Virus record (IMG/VR): IMGVR_UViG_3300009982_000006
Coordinates: 3,993 to 67,992 of that record
Source: a virus
Taxonomy: Duplodnaviria > Caudoviricetes
Reading direction: 5' to 3' (one strand)
DNA length: 64,000 nucleotides
How positions within the stretch are numbered: the stretch's first letter is position 1; each line of letters starts with the position of its first letter. Positions 40,368 to 49,207 of this stretch are shown here, piece by piece. Made by a program: the position numbers and the translations under genes. The notes beneath the pieces were generated by a model, which was not told the origin of the DNA, did no database searches, and saw only the letters and a list, made by a program, of their open reading frames with translations.

Positions 40368-41122
40368 ATTTTCTTAATTAAGTGTTTAAATTCTTCTTGA
40401 TTATCCTGTAAATACTTTGGGAATGATTCATCTATCTTAACGAACCTCCAATAATCATTGGCCCAAAGAGACTGACCGCTTTCATACTTATATTCCAGGT
40501 GGTCTAGCAGCTCTGGCTTTAATGTTTCAGTATGGGCATATGCGAATAGTTTTTCTCTCATTCTTTCAACGCCACCCATAAAACTCATATGCCACCCGCC
40601 GAAATAAATACCAAAATCAGCGCCGCCATTCCGTATCTCACTAGCGCTTCTTTCTAAAAGATGCTTTCCAGTTACTATTTTGCCTATCCCCCAATTTTGG
40701 ATTCCCTCTAGCAGATTCAAATAAACCGAGTATTTATCCATCTGCAAAGAAGCAATTCCCATTCGTGGTTCATAGAATTGAACCGCTTGCCATCTTGGGA
40801 TTTCATCGAGATCACTTATTATCACAATATCTTCATTTTCTAAATCAATCATTTCCCCATAATTCAAACAAGCATCTCTTTGGTATTTTTCATTATCCCA
40901 CGCATCCCCGTTATTAGGCATATCATTAACAACTATATGCCTGATATTATAAGATGAAAACAAATGCTTGTTCTGCGCAAATACCAATTCTTTTGGCTCA
41001 CCTGTATGCGTATATGTAGATTCTACCAGAACATGTATTGGATTAAGAGGTTTTAACTCCTCGCATCTCAACTTCAATAATTCCAACTCGTTAAAAAAAC
41101 TAAATGCATCAAAGACTTTCAT
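40364..41122 (-). CDS. Glycosyltransferase family 17-like, copy 1
   Basis: FFNELELLKLR, VLVESTYTHTGEPK, WDNEKYQR, ISDLDEIP, GWHMSF. Confidence 0.8.
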   Translation of the reverse strand: MKVFDAFSFFNELELLKLRCEELKPLNPIHVLVESTYTHTGEPKELVFAQNKHLFSSYNIRHIVVNDMPNNGDAWDNEKYQRDACLNYGEMIDLENEDIVIISDLDEIPRWQAVQFYEPRMGIASLQMDKYSVYLNLLEGIQNWGIGKIVTGKHLLERSASEIRNGGADFGIYFGGWHMSFMGGVERMREKLFAYAHTETLKPELLDHLEYKYESGQSLWANDYWRFVKIDESFPKYLQDNQEEFKHLIKKI

Positions 41123-41862
41123 TTAATTAAGTGCTTAAGTTTTTCAATATTTTTTCTAATGTATTCTGGATATGATTCATCTATGTCTACATATTTGTAT
41201 TCAACATCACTCCAAAAATTATCTAACCCATCTATCAAATAGTGATTATGGTCAGTATTTAATTCTGTATGGGAAAATGATTCTAGCTTCTCATGCGCTC
41301 TATTATGGAGCCATGTGAAGTGAAACCCTGCATTATGTATAGATATTTTATACCCGCTATTCCTAATATCATCTGGCGTTTTATCTTTTAAATATTCCCA
41401 CCGCATAATTCTTGACCTATCCCATTTTAAACCTGCATCTTTGGCGTTCAAATAATAAGAATATACGCTCATTGATAATGAAGCAAACCAACTCCCATTA
41501 CTATCAGCGAATTTATCCACGATGTGAGCCATAACTATTTCATCTACATCTCCTACTATAACTATATTATCATCACCAGGGTTCATCATATTTAACGCTG
41601 GCTTTATCAAATTACGCTGATACCGTTCCCTATCCCACGGATTTTCTGTTTCTGGGAATTTCTCTACTGTAACTGATATAATAGGCCATTCTGCATATTC
41701 TTCTTTTACCTGGCTAAAATATAAAGGCTTTTCTTTACCTGAAAATGTATAAGCCGCCTCTACTAAGATATGCGTCACCGGCTCTTTGCACTTAGACAAT
41801 TCATGCAATCTTATGTCTAAAAGCTCTCGCTCACCATTGTACAAAAAACAATCGTAAATCAT
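41119..41862 (-). CDS. Glycosyltransferase family 17-like, copy 2
   Basis: YDCFLYNGERELLDIR, LVEAAYTFSGKEK, WDRERYQR, VGDVDEI, GFHFTW, KLESFSHTE. Confidence 0.8.
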   Translation of the reverse strand: MIYDCFLYNGERELLDIRLHELSKCKEPVTHILVEAAYTFSGKEKPLYFSQVKEEYAEWPIISVTVEKFPETENPWDRERYQRNLIKPALNMMNPGDDNIVIVGDVDEIVMAHIVDKFADSNGSWFASLSMSVYSYYLNAKDAGLKWDRSRIMRWEYLKDKTPDDIRNSGYKISIHNAGFHFTWLHNRAHEKLESFSHTELNTDHNHYLIDGLDNFWSDVEYKYVDIDESYPEYIRKNIEKLKHLIK

Positions 41863-43280
41863 GAAATAAATTTATCTATTGAATACATCACATCATCCAT
41901 ATTATATTGCGTGCATGGTGGCTTTTTAGCATCAACTACACATCCTTTACCAGTTGTGCCACCAACCACATCCGACCAACACTTAGGAGTATCGCAGGAC
42001 TTTTCTTTTTGGATAACACATATATTTGATAAATCAGGATGTATGTGAGAGGGATCAACTGAACCAAAGAATATAACAGAAGGCACTCCAGTAGCTACCG
42101 CAATTGAAGCAGGCCCAGAATCTACGCCAATAAAATAGGAAGCCCCAGCCACAACATACATTAAAAAATTATTCGCAATAGTTTTCATCTCAATCGCTCC
42201 TTCTACTGGCTCATGCTTACTTAATCCTACCTGGATTACCGTATACCCTTTCTTATTTAAGTATTGCACAACTTCTCGCCAGTTAACACCGTACACGTTC
42301 CTATATGGTTGATCGCGGTCATCAATATGAAGAACTATATATCGTTTAAATATCCTGTTATGTTCTCCTATTACAAAGTTCAATTTAGGATTTTTTACTT
42401 CTCCGTCAAATATTCCCGCTGCCTCGTAATAACTTTTAAGATGTAGTTGTTTTGGATTTGCTTCGTAACTCCCATCAAGATCAATTACTGTTGTTGGCAC
42501 TCTATTATCTAATTGCGAGATATGGAATACAGGGTAGTGATGTTGCGCATAAACCATAGCTAATTCTAATGGCATATCAATAGCTACCTTATACCCTTTT
42601 TTATGGTAATATTCAAGAACTGGCTCAATAGCCACACAATCCCCAAGCGCCGCACTTCGTTTTATCACTATCGTAGGAGTATACGGCTTATGGAAATTGC
42701 CATGAAACCCAAATGTAGGCTGTATTGGTTCGCGCAGTTCAAATGAAAACTTATCGGCTAATTCTGTTGGGGCAAACATTATCCCGTAATTCTCTTCTAA
42801 ATAAGGTCGATATATTTTGGCGATGCAATTATCTTCCGGGTGAAGCGGCATAATAAAATCGTCTGTAGCAAGTATATTCTGTAGCCTTTTTGATCGAAGA
42901 GAAAAGCCGCCATTCCCAACATTTGGGCCTTCGTTTTCGAGCCATGCGGCTCCGATATAATCATGCTCAAAAAACTCATCAGACCATGCATTTGCATCAA
43001 GAACGTATCCGTCATGTTGAATTATCAATGCATAATCGGTATCAACATACTTATAAAGCTCTTTAATTACAAACTTGGAATATTCTTCTTTTGTTGAAAT
43101 GGTGTCAATCTTTACTATTTCGAATGGGAACTTTGGATTATAGGCTTTAATATCGGTAAGAAATTTTGTAGCGCCAAATTCAACCTGATATTGAGATTTC
43201 TTTATTGCAGTAATAGCATCACCATAATTTTTACAGTCAATACAAACCAATGTAACGTTCGGTAATTTCAGTTTATCCAT
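41859..43280 (-). CDS. DUF5672-like domain fused to a GT9-like (GT-B) glycosyltransferase
   Basis: N-terminal IQHDGYV...DYIGAAW...VGNGGFSLRS; C-terminal RSAALGD and FIGVDSGPASIAVATGVPSV. Confidence 0.75.
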   Translation of the reverse strand: MDKLKLPNVTLVCIDCKNYGDAITAIKKSQYQVEFGATKFLTDIKAYNPKFPFEIVKIDTISTKEEYSKFVIKELYKYVDTDYALIIQHDGYVLDANAWSDEFFEHDYIGAAWLENEGPNVGNGGFSLRSKRLQNILATDDFIMPLHPEDNCIAKIYRPYLEENYGIMFAPTELADKFSFELREPIQPTFGFHGNFHKPYTPTIVIKRSAALGDCVAIEPVLEYYHKKGYKVAIDMPLELAMVYAQHHYPVFHISQLDNRVPTTVIDLDGSYEANPKQLHLKSYYEAAGIFDGEVKNPKLNFVIGEHNRIFKRYIVLHIDDRDQPYRNVYGVNWREVVQYLNKKGYTVIQVGLSKHEPVEGAIEMKTIANNFLMYVVAGASYFIGVDSGPASIAVATGVPSVIFFGSVDPSHIHPDLSNICVIQKEKSCDTPKCWSDVVGGTTGKGCVVDAKKPPCTQYNMDDVMYSIDKFIS

Positions 43281-44184
43281 TTGTTTCGTTTAGTAGTTTA
43301 TTAAATCTATACTCCAAGGCTCCTTGCTTTACAAAACTATACCCATTAGGGCCAGTTGGAAATGTGTTGGGGTATTCCACACAAACCTCTAATATACGAG
43401 GAACTTTCATTGCATCTGCAATATGCCATGCAAGACTTTGATTGCCTATGAAAAACTTACACCCTTTTATCGCTTGCGCTACTTTATAAAAATCATTAAC
43501 CGCTAACCTATATATATAATTACCAGATTCATCTCCTAAACCCCATTCTTTACAAAAAGAATCACATTCGTCTTTGGTGCCAATAAAAACTATTCTATTT
43601 GTGTGATTTTTTAGAAAGTGATATGATATATATGGATTTCTATACCGCGCTGTTCGGTTTATCACAATCTGGCCTATGGGATATGTTTCATTACATAAGT
43701 GTTCAACCTTGCCTCTGCCACCTATACTTATACATCCTGCTTCATAATGACCATCATGCCTCTTAACTCTTTCAGGATAATTTACATAAATCCAAGGCTT
43801 GTCTAATTCACATTCAAGCTGAGGATAAATAAGCGAAGGCCATTTATGTATATCGCCGCCTGGTAATGGCATTCTGGCATCATGTCTTGTTAAATCATAA
43901 TCAAATGTAACTTCTTGCCCATCCCAAATCTCAAATCTTTCTACATACTCTTGCGATTCTATAAGGGGCTTCATCATATCAAACATCTGCCTATTCATAC
44001 ATACCTGCGTTCCATCTTCCGATTTTACAGGATGTGCATCATTATGACCATAGTTTGCAGGAAGATTTAATCGCTGATAGATTACAGCTTTTTGACCATT
44101 TTTTTCAGCTAAATGTTTTATGCCTGGTAAAACAGTAATCAAGTCGCCGCTATTGAAAGAATGCTTAAAAGTTAAAGAATCCAT
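43273..44184 (-). CDS. GT9-like (GT-B) glycosyltransferase
   Basis: HSFNSGDLI, FFIGNQSLAWHIADAMKVP. Confidence 0.65.
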   Translation of the reverse strand: MDSLTFKHSFNSGDLITVLPGIKHLAEKNGQKAVIYQRLNLPANYGHNDAHPVKSEDGTQVCMNRQMFDMMKPLIESQEYVERFEIWDGQEVTFDYDLTRHDARMPLPGGDIHKWPSLIYPQLECELDKPWIYVNYPERVKRHDGHYEAGCISIGGRGKVEHLCNETYPIGQIVINRTARYRNPYISYHFLKNHTNRIVFIGTKDECDSFCKEWGLGDESGNYIYRLAVNDFYKVAQAIKGCKFFIGNQSLAWHIADAMKVPRILEVCVEYPNTFPTGPNGYSFVKQGALEYRFNKLLNETNG

Positions 44185-44238
44185 TAAAATTGTTATTTTT
44201 ACCTGTCATTAAATTATCTAACTAATTATCAATCTTTT

Positions 44239-44514
44239 ATGGCAACAGCAACCTTAATAGCAGTACCGGTATACCAAATCAACTCCAACAATGTGATTAA
44301 CAGGAGTTTATATCCGTATGGGATGAGCATTCAATTTGCCGGTGCTACGCTGAATGTTCAGCCAAATTCCTTTTCCTCATTAAATGATTTGCAGGCTGGC
44401 CGACAAGCAGGTGGCGCATTAATCTACAGCAAGATATTAACTGCCGCAACAGGAGATACTGTCTTCTACAGCAGCTTAACCCCTGCTCAGATCGCCACAT
44501 TAGCCAATGCTTAA
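44239..44514 (+). CDS. Lone opposite-strand small protein (91 aa), possibly structural
   Basis: A/T-rich start region, own terminator, composition rich in A/T/S/N/Q. Confidence 0.65.
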   Translation: MATATLIAVPVYQINSNNVINRSLYPYGMSIQFAGATLNVQPNSFSSLNDLQAGRQAGGALIYSKILTAATGDTVFYSSLTPAQIATLANA

Positions 44515-44545
44515 TGCCTGATTTTTTCATTGAATTTGTTAGTTG

Positions 44546-44578
44546 AATGCCCCGCACTTCTGCGGGGTATTTTTATTT
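44546..44578 (+). terminator. Intrinsic terminator between convergent genes
   Basis: AATGCCCCGCA-CTTC-TGCGGGGTATT followed by TTTATTT. Confidence 0.8.
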
Positions 44579-44890
44579 CTTCTTATTAGTGGTGTCCGGC
44601 TTAGTAGCTTTCTCTGCTACTATCTGTTGCTGGATCTGTCGGCTAAATTCGTTTTGATATAGAATTATTATAGAATCTGATATAAAGGTGGCTTGGGCAG
44701 CAGACATATTAGAAGTCTTTACTGCATTCTTTACTGCCTCCAGGCCATTCAGAATAGATTGCCATTGGTCAATTGAAAGGGATACATGGTAGGTTTTAGG
44801 AGTTTCTTTGGGTTTAGTTTGAGCTTTTAACGCCCATGTAATACAAGAAGCAGCTACAATAATAGCAAGGAATAATACTAGTCTTTTCAT
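44573..44890 (-). CDS. Secreted or membrane-anchored hypothetical protein
   Basis: Signal-like N-terminus MKRLVLFLAIIVAASCITWALKA-Q. Confidence 0.6.
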   Translation of the reverse strand: MKRLVLFLAIIVAASCITWALKAQTKPKETPKTYHVSLSIDQWQSILNGLEAVKNAVKTSNMSAAQATFISDSIIILYQNEFSRQIQQQIVAEKATKPDTTNKKK

Positions 44891-44899
44891 GTTTTGTTT

Positions 44900-45280
44900 T
44901 TATAATTGTTTTAAACGTTCTAATACATCGTTGCTTGTGTGCCCATCCCATTCAGGAGCAGAATCCAACTCTTCACAGTAATCAATATCATCCCATCTGG
45001 ATATTGGCAGATGATAGCTAATTTGTTTCCCCTTCTCTTTAAATATGCCCATGATAAACCATCCGTCATAAGATGTTCCGTCATGGTGTTTCTTTGATTT
45101 CCAAACCGGTCCTCCCATTTCAAGGGAATATATTCGGCACAATGCAATAAACAATGTTATTCGATGCTCATACAATTCACCGAATGTATGATACCCATCA
45201 CTTATTTTGTTTGTATCTAAACTTGCATCTGTTACTCCGGTATTTATATATCCATTAATAAAATATACACTTGCTGTCAT
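44900..45280 (-). CDS. WDGH-motif phage protein
   Basis: DGYHTFGELYEHR, KHHDG, ISYHLP, PEWDGHT. Confidence 0.6.
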   Translation of the reverse strand: MTASVYFINGYINTGVTDASLDTNKISDGYHTFGELYEHRITLFIALCRIYSLEMGGPVWKSKKHHDGTSYDGWFIMGIFKEKGKQISYHLPISRWDDIDYCEELDSAPEWDGHTSNDVLERLKQL

Positions 45281-45300
45281 AATTATTATTTATTGTAGGT

Positions 45301-45717
45301 TTAGTACTTTTTACCATGCATATGTGGTCTTGAAGCATTATATCTCATTTTGGCTTTTATGTGCCATTCAAGGTCTATGTTTTTTGAATGAGCCAAATCC
45401 ATTATTCTAATCATTGCATCCGCAAGCTCGTCAGCGAATGAGTTCTTAACCTCAGATCGAAACCAATTAAGCCACGCTTCATCATTATTATCAACAACAT
45501 TAAAAGACCATCTTGACCCATTTTGAGTTAAGTCTTTATCAACTCGATACCTTGTAAGTGCATCATAGTAATTATTAGTTCTATCTGCTTCCATCGCCTC
45601 TGAAACTTCAGAAACGATAAGCATTAACATTTCTCCTACATTTCTTTCTTTATCCCAGAATCCCTTATTACGAGCATTTTCGTGTATTTGCTTTGCTAAA
45701 TCTTTTAATACAGACAT
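45301..45717 (-). CDS. MazG-like nucleoside triphosphate pyrophosphohydrolase
   Basis: LMLIVSEVSEAMEA, ELADAMIRIMDL, KMRYNASRPHMHGKKY; start moved to ATG 45717. Confidence 0.85.
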   Translation of the reverse strand: MSVLKDLAKQIHENARNKGFWDKERNVGEMLMLIVSEVSEAMEADRTNNYYDALTRYRVDKDLTQNGSRWSFNVVDNNDEAWLNWFRSEVKNSFADELADAMIRIMDLAHSKNIDLEWHIKAKMRYNASRPHMHGKKY

Positions 45718-45795
45718 AATAGAATTAATAATGCGATTATAAAAATTGAACACATGATAATAAAAAATGTATCACCATAAAACTTACGCATAAAA

Positions 45796-45996
45796 TCATT
45801 TATTAAAAAGTTGATTAAATGCTACAGTAGGCATAAGACCTTGATCGTAGTATGGTTTAATTTGTTCGTCTTTTATGTTTTTTATCCTGTCATCTATGCC
45901 TATTTTATGTGTATAAATATTAATCAATGACTCTTTCCATTGCTCATAGGTACGAGTTGACTTACCGGATTGATCTGGTTGTATTTCTTCTGGCAT
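45796..45996 (-). CDS. Small hypothetical protein
   Basis: ORF track, packed array. Confidence 0.6.
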   Translation of the reverse strand: MPEEIQPDQSGKSTRTYEQWKESLINIYTHKIGIDDRIKNIKDEQIKPYYDQGLMPTVAFNQLFNK

Positions 45997-45999
45997 ACA

Positions 46000-46215
46000 T
46001 TACGGATTTAAAATTTTAAGCGAATTTATAAGTTCTTCGTATGATAAAAACTCCTTCATCTCCATTCGTTCAAGAATTTCATCAACTTTTGCTTGCCACT
46101 TTGTAACTATCCCAAATGTTTCCAGATCAGGGTCAGCTAAGTATTCTTTCTCAAAGAACCGGAGCTGAGTGGTCGCAAAAATAAGCTTGGCTACTATTTC
46201 AGGGGTTACTGTCAT
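46000..46215 (-). CDS. Small hypothetical protein
   Basis: ORF track, packed array. Confidence 0.6.
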   Translation of the reverse strand: MTVTPEIVAKLIFATTQLRFFEKEYLADPDLETFGIVTKWQAKVDEILERMEMKEFLSYEELINSLKILNP

Positions 46216-46217
46216 AA

Positions 46218-46640
46218 TTAAAAAGGTAAATCCGAGTCGTCAGTACTTCCATTCATTGTCACAGGTGCATACCCTCCTTGGTCAGAGCTTTGCGTTTGAA
46301 CTGAACCTCCTTCCTGGTTATCTTTATTACCTCCTAAAAGTTGAATGCTATATACGCGCATGTTTAAGAATGCTTTTGCTTCGCCATTTTTATCAGTCCA
46401 GCTTTTAGCCTCTGGAACGCCGGAGCAATAGATCAAAGTGCCTTTCTTTAAATATTGCGCAATAGTCGTTCTTTCTACCCAATAAGAACAACTAATCCAT
46501 GTAACTTTTTCATATTTCTGGCCACTGGCATCTTTGTATTTGTCTGTGTGTGCCAAAGAAAAGTTGATCACACTATCAGTCCCATGCTGCTGAACAACGC
46601 AGTCTTTTCCAAGATACCCGATTATATCAGCTCTTAACAT
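46218..46640 (-). CDS. ssb: Single-stranded DNA-binding protein
   Basis: IIGYLGKD, YLKKGTLIYCSG OB fold, acidic tail DDSDLPF. Confidence 0.93.
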   Translation of the reverse strand: MLRADIIGYLGKDCVVQQHGTDSVINFSLAHTDKYKDASGQKYEKVTWISCSYWVERTTIAQYLKKGTLIYCSGVPEAKSWTDKNGEAKAFLNMRVYSIQLLGGNKDNQEGGSVQTQSSDQGGYAPVTMNGSTDDSDLPF

Positions 46641-46646
46641 TTTTAC

Positions 46647-46979
46647 TTATTGTTTTTCGTTTAAAAAATATTCAATTACATAAAGTGCCTTTGCTATTTC
46701 TGCCATCTTTTGCCTGTCATCCGTTTTACCAGCGCATATATCTTTTACCGTGGCCCACATGTTTTCTTTTACTTCAACATCCAGCTTTTCAACCTTGTCT
46801 ATCTTTTTAGCCTGCACCAAGTCGTTATAAACCCATACCATTATACCACGCCGTAAGTTGGAGAATATTATACTATCCAGGTAGAATAGGTTATCTTCTT
46901 CAAAGTAGGCAACTTCTTTTCTACCTATCCCCCACATTACTTGCTCCCAATCGTATCGTATTTGCTGGTACTTATCCAT
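46647..46979 (-). CDS. Hypothetical protein
   Basis: ORF track. Confidence 0.6.
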   Translation of the reverse strand: MDKYQQIRYDWEQVMWGIGRKEVAYFEEDNLFYLDSIIFSNLRRGIMVWVYNDLVQAKKIDKVEKLDVEVKENMWATVKDICAGKTDDRQKMAEIAKALYVIEYFLNEKQ

Positions 46980-47230
46980 TATATTATCGGGAAATCAAGA
47001 AGTTTTATAGAACCCATTCTACTTTTCAATAACCATCCTAATATAGCATAAACATTGGTCGGCAAATCCTCCATAATCCCTCCATAATTATTTACAACTA
47101 CTGTATATCCTTCTTTCTGATAATCCAGATTAATACAGCAATATTGATTAGCATATGCGCCATCTTCTCCTGTGCTTTCAAACCCGGCCTCCGTAAGAAG
47201 ATCAATTATTTGCTTATTTGGATTGTTCAT
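46979..47230 (-). CDS. Hypothetical protein
   Basis: ORF track, coupled overlap. Confidence 0.6.
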   Translation of the reverse strand: MNNPNKQIIDLLTEAGFESTGEDGAYANQYCCINLDYQKEGYTVVVNNYGGIMEDLPTNVYAILGWLLKSRMGSIKLLDFPII

Positions 47231-47708
47231 TATTTATAGTTTTAGCATCAAGAGCCTGATCTGTCTCTATAAGGCCGAATAAATCAAATCTTTGTTTAAT
47301 TAAATAGTTGAATTGTTCCGCGCTCCATGTTCTTTCACAACTAGCGTTGTACTTATATTCAAATTCATCATCACCATCAATAGGAATTAAATCACCCCAC
47401 CCAACTATCAGATCACCCAAAACATTTCGGTAAACTTTAGGGTTAAGGAACTCGCTTTGGTGAACAACTAAGCTCGTTAATGCGATTGCTTCATGATTGC
47501 CTATATCTTCTAATCGTCTTAGTATTGGCTTTATTTTATCAATACCTACAGGAGCAGACGATTGCCACCCATTAAATTTAATTTCCCATACATCGCCAAG
47601 AACCCCAACCAAAACACCTTCCTCATACCGATTTGGTTGACCGCCATATGGAGCTGCCATTACACGACAATTTAGATAGTAATGGATAACATCTTTTAGC
47701 TCTATCAT
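47214..47708 (-). CDS. Hypothetical protein (KPILRRLEDI motif)
   Basis: ORF track, coupled overlap. Confidence 0.6.
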   Translation of the reverse strand: MIELKDVIHYYLNCRVMAAPYGGQPNRYEEGVLVGVLGDVWEIKFNGWQSSAPVGIDKIKPILRRLEDIGNHEAIALTSLVVHQSEFLNPKVYRNVLGDLIVGWGDLIPIDGDDEFEYKYNASCERTWSAEQFNYLIKQRFDLFGLIETDQALDAKTINNEQSK

Positions 47709-48064
47709 TGTAAAATATTATTATGAAATTCATGTAATAATCCATGATGTGCTTTACATAACCAGACAACATCTAATGGCTTATCGTAATCATGGTGATG
47801 AGCCTGAGCTGGTTCAGAGCCACAAAACATACATGGCTGCTTTTGAATTTTACCTCTTCTAATATAAACATGTAAGTATGATCTTGCATTCGCTCTCTTT
47901 CTGGCCTCATCAGGCAAATCAGAATGTTTTGTTCGACTAATTCTATTTGCTAGATTATGGCATGATAAACAATACCTCTGCTTACCTTGCCTATTAGTTT
48001 CTAATTCGCCACCACACTTAGAACATGTCTTCTTAGGATTACCAGCTACATTTCTTTTTCTCAT
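47705..48064 (-). CDS. Zn-finger/HNH-like protein
   Basis: CSKC, CLSC, CMFC...AHHHDYDKPLDVVWLCKAHHGLLH. Confidence 0.7.
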   Translation of the reverse strand: MRKRNVAGNPKKTCSKCGGELETNRQGKQRYCLSCHNLANRISRTKHSDLPDEARKRANARSYLHVYIRRGKIQKQPCMFCGSEPAQAHHHDYDKPLDVVWLCKAHHGLLHEFHNNILQ

Positions 48065-48102
48065 TGTTTTCGAGTAACGTTAATGCGAACTGTGGAACAT
48101 TT

Positions 48103-48945
48103 CTACTTTCTTCGGCTAGGGCCGCCCAGCTCTATAAGGTTAACTGCCTGCCTTAGCCGATCAACTACACGCCCCCCATAATATTCCTTAATCTGCTCGG
48201 ATGTTAAGTTGGTCGTTCCGTGAAACCAGCCAACGAGTCCATGATCTGAATAACGACTTTCTACTATTTCTTCAATAACTAAGCACTTATCGCCGTAATG
48301 TCCGCGAACATCTTCGGCTCCAATATCCTCTATACAAAGGCCCGCATATTCCTGATAGAACACTGTAGGGTCATTAAAGGGGTTTTTTACCCGAGTGAAA
48401 TACTTTTCAATAGCTTCTATCCCATTCTTTTTATATTCCCTGGCAATATCTTTGGCATGGGCCACATGGTAAACGCGCCTGTTGTTTTTTCTGAAAAGGC
48501 TCATCATCCAGGTTTTCCCTACTCCAAAGTTCCCGGCCAATAAGATCCCCTTATCCAAATGAGCGCCTTTAACTCCCATATCTTTTGCGGCTTTAACAAA
48601 ATGAGCGTCATTGCTAAAGTATAGGCATAGGAGATCAAAGACTGCTTTATTATATTCATCCAGTTTAAACAGACCACCCCACATTTCCGCGGCCCTGTAA
48701 AGCATATAATCGCGGGTTTGCGCCTCTGTCCATATCTTCCCGGTCAACTGCTGCCGGCTCTTTTCAGCCCGCTGTTCCCTCTCTTTCTTCTTTATTAACT
48801 CCTCTTTCTTCCTTTTAGCCTCAATAAGCGCCATACAATATTCATCATCAGTAAGTTCTATATGACTATAACTCGCCAAAACCACCTGTAGCGACATTTC
48901 CTGTGGGTCTTGGCTTTTGAGTATTTCTTTGATTGATCGTTCCAT
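48103..48945 (-). CDS. DnaC/IstB-like AAA+ ATPase (helicase-loader-like)
   Basis: Walker A GNFGVGKT, Walker B LCIEDIG, TTNL, YGGRVVDRL. Confidence 0.8.
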   Translation of the reverse strand: MERSIKEILKSQDPQEMSLQVVLASYSHIELTDDEYCMALIEAKRKKEELIKKKEREQRAEKSRQQLTGKIWTEAQTRDYMLYRAAEMWGGLFKLDEYNKAVFDLLCLYFSNDAHFVKAAKDMGVKGAHLDKGILLAGNFGVGKTWMMSLFRKNNRRVYHVAHAKDIAREYKKNGIEAIEKYFTRVKNPFNDPTVFYQEYAGLCIEDIGAEDVRGHYGDKCLVIEEIVESRYSDHGLVGWFHGTTNLTSEQIKEYYGGRVVDRLRQAVNLIELGGPSRRK

Positions 48946-49207
48946 TTGGTAAGTTTTTAAGCTGAAAGAGGCCGCGCCATCCTTTGTTGATAGATTGATT
49001 AATTATCTGTATTGCCACCTGTTCATCCCCACCGGATAGGTCATTAAAAAGCTCATCTATCGCCCCCTGCTCTCCGATGGGTTTATATGTAAAATAGAAC
49101 TGCTCCTTTTTAAAGGCTTTCCAGCGTTCCCAGTGTGGTATGAAATTTTCAGTAAATGGATTGGAGAATGGTTTAACCTCTTTTTTTGTCGAGTTACGTT
49201 TAGTCAT
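48866..49207 (-). CDS. Replication initiator-like protein (C-terminal type domain)
   Basis: W-x-RWKAFKK...IINQSINKGWRGLF directly upstream of the loader; start moved to ATG 49207. Confidence 0.5.
   Translation of the reverse strand: MTKRNSTKKEVKPFSNPFTENFIPHWERWKAFKKEQFYFTYKPIGEQGAIDELFNDLSGGDEQVAIQIINQSINKGWRGLFQLKNLPNGTINQRNTQKPRPTGNVATGGFGEL

Noticed and set aside
4844-44184. Stop-codon reassignment (TAG or TGA recoding), as in some crAss-like phages
   Set aside because: All large structural and enzyme genes are intact and densely packed under the standard code
38271-44184. The GT cluster as a DNA hypermodification system or a captured host LPS locus
   Set aside because: No hydroxymethylase, TET/JBP or nucleotide kinase partner, and no membrane flippase, polymerase or NDP-sugar synthesis genes; the genes are packed and co-oriented with phage late genes. 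Down-weighted, not excluded
47705-48064. HNH gene as a mobile homing endonuclease or intron ORF
   Set aside because: It is free-standing, interrupts no gene and has no flanking intron structure
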